A DNA stretch of 16,072 bases from Neoechinorhynchus agilis (Eukaryota; Animalia; Acanthocephala). Where the stretch lies: NCBI GenBank assembly GCA_051530055.1, contig JBMGUZ010000061.1:1-16072 (forward strand). The letters are read 5' to 3'. Below the pieces are notes generated by a model. It ran no database searches and was not told where the DNA came from. It saw nothing but the letters and a program-made list of their open reading frames with translations. The translations under genes were made by a program, and so were the position numbers. Below are positions 8,284-16,072 of the stretch, one piece after another (within the stretch, counting starts at the first letter, position 1; every line of letters begins with the position of its first letter).

Positions 8284-8358
8284 CGAGACTTTGTTCTTAG
8301 AACGAAATACCTTTAACTAAGCGTTGATTCTAAATAACGAGACTGTTCTTAGAACTCA
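8284..8358 (+). promoter_or_regulatory. Tandem about 20-bp direct repeat containing the palindrome TTCTTAGAA (STAT/GAS-like or duplicated splice acceptor), just upstream of LITAF
   Basis: CGAGACT(T)TGTTCTTAGAAC occurs twice. TTCTTAGAA at 8294-8302 and 8346-8354 (52-bp spacing); ATG at 8366. Confidence 0.4.
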
Positions 8359-8365
8359 AATCTTA

Positions 8366-8799
8366 ATGGAGAAATACATTGTAGACGAAAAAGAGCAAAC
8401 TCACATTACAGGTATGATAGTATATTTTCTTAAAATCATTTTGTGTATAGAGCCGTCACCGCCATACCCTGCAGCTGCCGCAGGGCCGGTTCCATCGCAG
8501 TCAAATATTCCACCAAATAACGCAGTGCTGGAATCAATTCCAGTGAACATAACGTGTCCTCATTGTCATCAACAAGTAATCACAAAAGTTGAATACAAAA
8601 CCGGTGTGATCACTTGGGTCGTATGCGCTGCCATTCTAGTCGTCGGGTAAGATTTGTGCGAAATTTCCGACTTTGATTCACTAAAAATAGATTGTGGTGC
8701 GGTTGTTGTCTTGTGCCGTTCATGTCAGATAGTACTAAAGACGCACTTCACCGATGCCCGAATTGCAACAGCTACATAGGACTCCATAAAAAACTTTGA
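8366..8799 (+). CDS. LITAF: LITAF-domain (SIMPLE-like) zinc-binding membrane protein, 116 aa, three exons: 8366-8411, 8451-8646, 8691-8799
   Basis: Spliced product MEKYIVDEKEQTHITEPSPPYP...ESIPVNITCPHCHQQVITKVEYKTGVITWVVCAAILVVGLWCGCCLVPFMSDSTKDALHRCPNCNSYIGLHKKL* has a Pro-rich PPY N-terminus, CXXC, hydrophobic stretch, CCL.PF and HXCXXC. Introns 8412-8450 (39 nt, GTATG..ATAG) and 8647-8690 (44 nt, GTAAG..ATAG). Symbol is family-level. Confidence 0.92.
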
Positions 8800-9049
8800 T
8801 GGACTTTCGACGGTTATATCTGCTTGCAACGAAAAAGCATTACTTAAGACTTAATAATTGGGTCTTTTAAAGAACAAAAGTTCAACTTATACGATAAAAA
8901 ATGTCTTTTATCCGATCGTAACCATTATCGCATTAAATGAAAATTTCAACTCTTAAGAAATAGTCTTTTTCGATGAATATAAAAATTCTAAGAATCTAAG
9001 TGAACATACTCCAGGTCATAACTTATTTGATTTATTTGAAATATTTCCA

Positions 9050-9655
9050 AGGATATAATATCGCGGCGCATTACCGATCTAAATACCCTATGTCACAGGC
9101 TGTTAGTCCGTTGATACAGAGGACGGTTTCATATGTGCGAAACGTCGAAGGGCTGCTAGAAATCCTACAAACAATACATAGGGATCTCGCAAATTGTCGT
9201 GTGATGTCCTTTGACTTTGAATCGCTCTATACGAACGTGGACAATAACGCAGCAGTAAGAGCGCTGGAGAAGATGTTGCACAAGTTCAAAGACGAGGTCA
9301 ATCTCTTTGGGATGCAGCCGGCCGATGTGATTCATCTCACACGGATAGTGATAGAGTGCAACCTCTTTCAATGCGGGAACCGCTACTATCGGCAAATTCA
9401 CGGACTGTTTATGGTTAATAGTTTAGCTCGTGTCCTAGTTGTCATTTTCCTGCGTCGAGTCAGATTTACCTCCGCTATGTGGATGATGTTCTGTTCACCT
9501 ACACGGAGGATGATCAAGTGAACGACGTTTAGCGTCGGTTGAACTCGATGGATGCAACACGACGAATAAAAGTAACTAAAGGCAATCCGTCAAATTACCT
9601 TCCTTTCTTGAACTTGCTGTTTAATGTCAACGATCTAAGGGAATTCATTTGTATC
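9050..9655 (+). mobile_element. Penelope-like RT fragment A (5' half of an element continued at 10800-11740)
   Basis: VSPLIQRTVSYVRN, MSFDFESLYTNV, YYRQIHGLFMVNSLA, then after a frameshift IYLRYVDDVLF...LNSMD...LPFLNLL; contains a stop. Confidence 0.88.
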
Positions 9656-10800
9656 GTTTTTTATTTTCGATAGGAGAATTTCGATCCACTTTCTGGGATC
9701 TTCTTCTGCGATCTAAAACACATATACACAGGGATTCTCAATTCACACGTCACATAACATTCGGTGGGAGTCGAGTCCTTAATTTGAAATCAGGTTTATT
9801 GCCCTCGAACGTTTCGAACCTATTTATATATAAGGATTCGATGATAATACGTTCGAAACGCCGACCATTGCGAACTAGTGTTGTAGTGGCACTAAAATCA
9901 ACAGTGTGCCCGGTGTTTTTTGCATGGGCCACCACTGCGGAACTGGTATCCGTGTTGCGAACAACTGATGATTCGTGCTCCTTCATCCGTCGGGTGAAAT
10001 TGTTGGTCTGCCCCACATAGACCTGTTCGCAACCGGAGCACGGAATTTTGTATACCGCACCAGATGACTGTTGGCCATTCTTGGGACATATCAATCAGTG
10101 TAGAGTGCGTCCCCTCTTTGTGTAAACATTTACTCTCTTGGCCTCACATCCTGATTTTATGATGCGCTCCATAGCAAGATAAGAATGATCATCAGGGAAC
10201 GACAGTTCAACGTAGATCTCTTCCTTTTTAGACTTTGTCTCCCCATTGAAGGTATGACGCACATTCCGAATGCACCGTTCGACAAGATGGAGAGGATAAC
10301 CATATCGACCTGATATGTACTTTAGGTAACCAATCTCCTCGTTACACAACTTGGCGTTGCTACAATGTGTAAGAGCACGGCGTATGAGTGACCTAATCCT
10401 CGAAATTTTGTATTTGCGAGGTTGGGCAGATGTCCATGGCACAAGGCCCACTGGTATACCTCTCTTTCGGTACACGCTGGTCGTGGTTTCCACTGGCTAA
10501 TTGGTATATCCACACATCCAGGAACGGAAACTTACCATGGTCCTCCTCCTCGATCGTCCACTGAATATTGTCGTCCCTTCCATTCAGTTCATGTTTAAGG
10601 CGATTCATATTAGTCTCTGAAGGGTCGATCAACAGGAACGTGTCGTCCACATATCTGAACCAGATATTAACTCCCTGTATCGACGGCAAATGTTCGTCCT
10701 TCCAGTGCCGCATATACAGCTCAGCAAGCACAGGGGCTAACGGGCTGCCCATGGCTACTCCATCTTTCTGGTCATAGTCGATGCCCGTGTCGGAAGGCGA
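9655..10800 (-). mobile_element. Penelope-like element B (Penelope/Poseidon-type), 5'-truncated, inserted antisense into element A/C
   Basis: YDQKDGVAMGSPLAPVLA, WFRYVDDTF, FPFLDV, SVYRK..., RRALTHCS, YGYP, and GIY-YIG GAVYKIPCSGCEQVYVGQTNNFTRRMKEH...RIIIESLYI; stop at 9750. Frameshifts at about 10490 and 10095. Confidence 0.92.
9668..9720 (-). ncRNA. HHR-like motif in the 3' tail of PLE B
   Basis: Minus strand reads TGTTTTAGA-TCG-CAGAAGA-A-GATCC-CAGAAAGT-GGATC-GAAA-TTCTC: a perfect 5-bp stem II between a CUGAAGA-like core (U4>A) and GAAA, about 40 nt after the ORF stop. Confidence 0.6.
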
Positions 10801-11740
10801 TAGTTATGCATAGTGATTCCAATCACGCCTTGGTCATTAATTAGGCAATTTATGCCCAGATGCATAAGACCGCACGAAGTTGCTCATCATCCGATGCAAA
10901 CCGTTCAGCAGTTCAGAAGGTCAATGATTTGTTTGCTGACAATGGGTATTCAAGTAAGGAAATCAAGCAGCTTCAAATGCGTTCAGAAAGGGTGAATCAG
11001 CATGGAAGCGATGGTTTTTACCAAGAATCAGTCCGACGTCAAGCCGATTCTGAAGATACCGTTTGTCAGCGAGCAATTTACGAGCGACGTTAAACGACTG
11101 CTGCAAAAGTCGGGACTGGATGTACGCTTAGTATACCGAAATGCACCCACCCTGCGCCGAATACTGACGAGGAAAGGGCATCATGAATCGCCCAGTGAAT
11201 GTCCAAAATCATGCATGGTGTGCAGCTATTCGCCGGGCACAAGCAGGGACAAGAAAGGAGAACGAGGAGAAGTGTCTCTTTGTAGCCGTAGCAACGCCGT
11301 TTATGAAATCTCGTGTGAACGATGCAAGGCAGATGTCAATCGAAAGTTTTTTTAATATCGGGAAAACAGAACGACCGTTGTACAAACGCGTCACTGGACA
11401 CGTCCGCAATGCGCTGAACCTCAATGCACCATCGTACCAAACGACACCATGGGCCGAGCATTATTTGCGTGGTCATCCGGACGGGGAAATACAGCTTTCC
11501 ACGGATATTGGGTATATTTCCCAGGATCCGGTGGATTTGGCGATCACGGAGGAACTGCTGATCTCTCTTGTGAGACGAAAAGGGTGACTCGTGAAGGTGC
11601 TCAACAAGGGGATGAGGAAATATAGACACACCTCCGTCCATGATGTTATTGTGTGTTGGCATAATATGTCCACCTCGTGTTTTAGACGACCCTGTCGAAC
11701 TCGTAAAACGACGAAGGCTCGGCCAAAATAATGAAAATCT
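10800..11740 (+). mobile_element. Penelope-like fragment C (thumb, Cys-rich linker, GIY-YIG, tail); 3' half of element A
   Basis: VMHSDSNH..., ARSCSS...LFADNGYS, LKIPFVSE, CPKSCMVC...LCSRSNAVYEISCERC, and (Y)IGKTERPLYKRVTGH after a frameshift at about 11350. Confidence 0.9.
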
Positions 11741-13433
11741 TGTTACGGTCGATTGTCAGAGTATATAAAAAGAGTGATTAAACCTGCGACTGGGAAACCA
11801 AGCAGCAGTTCACGCTATTATGATTTTATTCTGGGGTTTACTTGAAAATCGTAAATTATTTCCACGTAAAATCTATCACTATGGCTAATTTAATTTGTAG
11901 CTAAGGATGGTCTTAACTAATGACTGAACGAAGCCACTTTCGGTTTCGCACCTTCATCCGTGCACCGTTTTTTGAACATTGCTGACATCATAGTCGTCAT
12001 CATAGTCGTATTCATCGCTACTTTCGTCGTCATAGTCGTATTCATCACTACGGCCATCGCCATATTCCTCACTGCCGTCATCGTCGTATTCATCAATACG
12101 GTCATCGTCGTCATCCTGTACTTCATTGTCGTCATCCCAACCGTCATCTTTGCTATCATTATCGCCGTCCTCGTAGCCGTTTTCGCCCTCCTCAGTAGTT
12201 CTTTCCTCTGAAGTGTTAGTCTCCGCTGTGAATGTTATTCCCTCGGAAGTAGTAGTCTCATCTCAGTTGTTGTTTCAGTAGTGAAAGTCTCCTCTGTGGT
12301 TGTGGTCTCCTCCGTATTTGATTCCTCTGTCGTTGTGGTCGCCTCATCAGTTGTTTCTTCTGTAGTCGAGCTCTCTTCTGTTGTTGCTTCTTCAGTAGTG
12401 GTGGTCTCCTCTGTTGTTGTAATCACCTCCATAGTTCTTTCCTCTGTTGTTGTTTCTTCTGTTTTTGTTATTTCCCCTGGGCTTGATATTTCCTCTGTTG
12501 TAGTAGCCTGCTCTGGGGTTGTTGTTGTTGCTTTTGTAGTGGTCTCCTCATTGGTGGTCTTTTCAGTGAATGTTTCTTCTGCTGTGGTAGCATCCTTTGT
12601 TGTTGTTTCCTCTGTAGTGCGGGTCTCCTCAGTGGATGTTTCCTCTGATGTGCTAGTCGCCTCCGTAGTTGTTTCCTCCGTTGTAGTATCCTGTGTTTTT
12701 GCTATTTCCTCTGAGTTCGCTATTTGCTCCGTTTTTGTAGTCTCCTCTGTGATTGTTTCCTCTGTGATTGCTGTCTCCTCCTTAGTCGTTGGTTGGGCTG
12801 TTGTAGATTTTCTGCTATTTGGCTGACAAAATGTTAAAATATATTGATTGCAATAAAGGTCGGAATTATAGTCATCTTGTTTTCCGGTGTTGTGAGGCTC
12901 AAATTTTACTGAAAAGTTTTTCGGAATTTGTGTGTTGATGTAATCACTTTGTGAAGGTAATCCCGCAACGAGGTTAATCATGGTAGCAATTAGGGCAATT
13001 GTTATAAGTCGAATGATCTCCATCGTTTTTGCGGTATTCGTGTTCAATACATTCCATAGAGACTTTCGTGAGGTTTTATCTTTTCTGTGTGTGTCACAAA
13101 CTCCGCTACATATGTTGATCGTTGTTGTCGCATTGATCGAAAGGGAGATATACTCAGTTTACTTTATTGCGTCTGTGTTTGTTTTTATTGACAAACATTT
13201 TTGTTTGTTTATTATACTAATACAAACACTTCACGATTATATTTTTGTTTTTAATAGCTTTGAATATTTTTGTGTTTTTGTTCTCCCAACATAATTTTAT
13301 GAGTAATGTTGAGGTCCGGTAGATTTTTTAGCGAAGCGGCCCGCCATTCATCATTTATCCATCCTCTTTAATTTTCATTTAGTTTCTCTGGTTCTGTTTG
13401 TTCGAATTCTTTACTACGCGTAGGGATTCGCAC
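11257..13433. repeat. Segmental duplication, copy 2
   Basis: See 1-2727. Shorter because the TE-repeat array is contracted and about 70 bp are missing near 13330. Confidence 0.95.
11954..13023 (-). CDS. Secreted acidic Thr/Glu-repeat (mucin-like) protein, copy 2; single 1-bp deletion at about 12263 (356 aa if repaired)
   Basis: ATG at 13023 (MEIIRLITIALIATMINLVAG). Copy 1 has TCTGCGGTT where copy 2 has TCTCAGTT, giving the shifted end EMRLLLPRE* at 12235. The Asp-rich tail continues in the other frame to TGA at 11954-11956. Confidence 0.78.
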
Positions 13434-13569
13434 AGTCAAAAGCACAAATACTGCTTAGTTTCATTTATTGACAAGTACGCAATTTTATTAAGATTGGAAA
13501 TGTCGATATGTGAGGTACTAGTGAATGTGATTAGAATTATTTTTTAAGTCGACACTCGGTTAATGAGTA

Positions 13570-13620
13570 TTTATTAAAGACATTTCGAACATCGTAAGGT
13601 TGATCATCAGTTCTAAAATA
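13570..13620 (-). ncRNA. Near-canonical minimal type I hammerhead ribozyme in the PLE D tail
   Basis: Minus strand reads TATTTTAGAA-CTGATGA-T-CAAC-CTTACGAT-GTTC-GAAA-TGTC-TTTAATAAATA: intact CUGAUGA (13604-13610), stem II with one mismatch, GAAA, GUC cleavage triplet (13579-13581) and an AU-rich stem I. Confidence 0.7.
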
Positions 13621-14790
13621 CAAGTGGATAAGTTATTATTTCGCTTTCACACGCGCTTATGGTTGATTGTGTTTTTCCATTTTTTAGCTGTGCAGACCGA
13701 GCTTGTATCCTCGTCGGTCATTCATGTCTCTGTTTTTTGATTAAGATGGCGTCCTTAATTAAGCGTTGAAAGTTATTGCGATAACTTGCTAAAACCTTCG
13801 TTTGGTCATAGTTGACCACGTGGCTATTTTGCACCTCGTGTAGTGCAATATTCGACGCTACCACCTTCTTAATCTTGGACCGTTTATGTTCTGCCGATCT
13901 CGTTTTCAGATTCCGGCCTGTTTGCCTGATGTAATTGCTGTTGCATTGGCTACAAGCAACTTTGTGGACAACAGCTCTCTTTTCCACCTCCTGGTATTTC
14001 CGGGAAATAGGGTTTCCTATCAGCACTGAAGGTTGAAAATAAAATTGGCATTTTATCGGCAGACCGCTGTTCTTCACAATCCTTGAAATTTTGTTGCGCG
14101 AACGGTTGGTTTGTGGGCCTGTGTCTGGCACTCCAATGCGCAGGTCCATTTGATTCGGGCCCATGGATGTTTCTTTTGACTGGGTATTCCTCGCACGGTC
14201 CACTTGCTCTCGCGCTGAACTAAGAAGATATTTGGGATACCCAACGTGCTCAAAATTCGTTTCAGCTGTTTGATTTCATCACTGAGGCACTCCTCAGTGC
14301 AGATGTTGTAGGCACGATGTTGAAAGCCATTGAATATACAAACTTTTGTGCTCCTGTTATGGGCACTGCTCCACAGTATATAATTATTTGTTTCAGTTGG
14401 CTTTCTATAGACCGATGTAGTAATATGTGTTCCATTTTTTAATCAACTCATGATTCGATTGGTCTCAGGGCACATTCATTATTCGCTTTCTTATGGCAGA
14501 CCATACAACATCGGAATAGGACAGTAGCACTTCGTTCACATATCTCCGCATGTACGGCCTCCATTTTCGGATTGTAATCCCCTTTTTCCAGAACTATCAT
14601 TAAATTTCCGTTGTCCGATCATAAAAAAGCAAACTCTGTTGTAATCTGTTTAAGCTCTTGAGAAACCATTGATTACCTGCGACGTCGCCAAATTTTCCCA
14701 AAAATTCGAGATTCGTCGCTAAGTTTAATGACGCATTTTTGTCTGATCTCTTCTTTGTGAGGACATAGTGAAGAATACAATCTAACATAA
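13570..14790 (-). mobile_element. Penelope-like element D, decayed, with a large internal RT deletion
   Basis: FL*SDNGNLMIVLEKGDYNPKM (ADKG-region homolog) is joined directly to MRRYVNEVLL (RYVDD). Then TSVYRKPTETNNYILWSSAH, HRAYNIC, and GIY-YIG AVVHKVACSQCNSNYIRQTGRNLKTRSAEH...RLIKDAILI. Confidence 0.88.
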
Positions 14791-14954
14791 GCGCGTTTGG
14801 GAGCAGAATAACTATTTCAAAACTTACTTTTTAGAGCTGATGATATACAAGACGAGGCTCCTCGACTTTTAAGACGATATTCATTAAATTAAAAAATATT
14901 TGAGTTGAAAAAGGCCAACACGACTGATCAAATAAATAATTTTTGAATTAACCA

Positions 14955-16072
14955 GACGCACATCATTCAACCTTTCATTACTAATTACCTAGTTACAAAT
15001 AATCATTGATTCCAAACATCCCAATGACGGCGGGTCGCCTGGTATTTCACCTGCCCAAAAACGATTGCTTAAAGCTGCTTGTTCCTTGCAGTTTTTGGAG
15101 TCGGTGAAGCGGCGAAAATATGGCACCATCGGAACAAGCACCGCGGAATTTTTAACCAAGGTTGGAAAATCACGCAAGGTCAAAGGATCCCAAAGCAGCC
15201 AACTATCTTTTATAAGATATTCGTATGTTCTCATCCGGACCTCGAAATTAGTAATCTTCTAGGATGCTGCATTATTGGTTCTAATGTTGAAGCTGAGATT
15301 GTAGATTTTTAGTCGCAACTTTCGGTGCTGCGCGAACGAGCTGATGAATTGCCTTCACATGAGGTTCTTTTCCTTACCAAGAACACATTCTTTATTGCAA
15401 AAATACTGTATAAGCTTTGCACAGCACCTTTTTTAGACACAGGAATAAGCTGGTAAAATTGGACGAGACGGTGAAATCCTCTTTCGACAAAATTTTAAAT
15501 ACTCAGCTGCCCGACGAGGCCTGGAGTCAAGCGTTTTTTAATGCGTCGTGCGGCGGTTTGGGTATCCGAAAAGTAGTCGATATTTCTCTGTCAGCTTACG
15601 TGGCATCGTATGAAGCAAGCCGCAAAATAGTTAAGCCTTTTCTTGACGAGAATTACACTATAGATGACGATATCGTGCAGGCGTTTAATCTCTGGTGTAG
15701 GGATTCAAGCAGCCAGCAGATACCCGTCAATGCTTGCATACAACCAGTTTGGGATTCGTTTGCGGGGTAGCGAGAATTCATAACTCTTTAATTTCAGATT
15801 CTCGTGACCTGGTGAACTGAACACGATTGGCGACAGTCTCTTGAAGAGAATCCGGTGCTTGGTTCAACGCTATCTCAATCGCTTTTGTGGGTATCCTGCT
15901 TTCCAACGAGTATCCCATCGCTGCCGTTGTGGAGCGACCGTGGAACATCAGGCGGAAAATACTCACGACATGCCGAAATGAACGCAATTCTTAGTCGTGC
16001 TGAATACTGCCGCAACGGAAGGGAAATGCTGCATCCGCCTTTTCGACCGTTACACCAGGAAGGCAGCTTAGT
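14955..16072 (+). mobile_element. Second CRE-clade non-LTR element, heavily decayed, runs off the window end
   Basis: IIQPFIT..., LLGCCIIG...ELPSHEVLFLTKNTFFIAKILYKLCTAPF, ILNTQLPDEAWSQA...GGLGIRKVVDISLSAYVAS, Q.VWD, RESGAWFNAI, PHRCRCG, RHAEMNAILSRA. Colinear with 7055-8042 but divergent and with deletions. Confidence 0.85.

Noticed and set aside
8058-8300. ORF containing KPVTF, resembling a PP1-docking RVxF motif for the CBM21 gene
   Set aside because: Wrong strand relative to the CBM21 gene, and it starts within the CRE polyA region.
11585-11587. In-frame TGA near the end of the PLE C GIY-YIG as possible selenocysteine (reported for some Naiad PLEs)
   Set aside because: Not at a Cys-motif position, no SECIS recognised, and the element has other disabling frameshifts.

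Overview
Eukaryotic, almost certainly invertebrate-animal, genomic DNA: AT-rich, with very short GT-AG introns of 39-58 nt. It is dense in decayed retrotransposons: three distinct Penelope-like elements (PLEs; one nested inside another, plus a duplicated 3' end), two CRE-clade non-LTR elements (restriction-like endonuclease), and the 5' half of an APE-type LINE. Host genes are an intact three-exon LITAF-domain gene (8366-8799, +), a frameshifted CBM21/PPP1R3-like gene that the ORF track splits (about 6265-6994, -), and two copies of a secreted, extremely acidic Thr/Glu-repeat (mucin-like) gene with an Asp/Tyr-rich tail (644-2262 and 11954-13023, both -). Each mucin-like copy lies tail-to-tail with a PLE 3' end inside a duplicated module (1-2727 and 11257-13433). 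Hammerhead-ribozyme (HHR)-like motifs follow all three PLE ORFs. A fourth HHR-like motif overlaps the stop codon of the mucin-like gene. This is the main lead (possible PLE/ribozyme-associated mobilisation of a host gene), but it is inference. All alignments, translations and counts were done by eye, no database searches were run, and element boundaries are approximate unless a codon or splice site is quoted.
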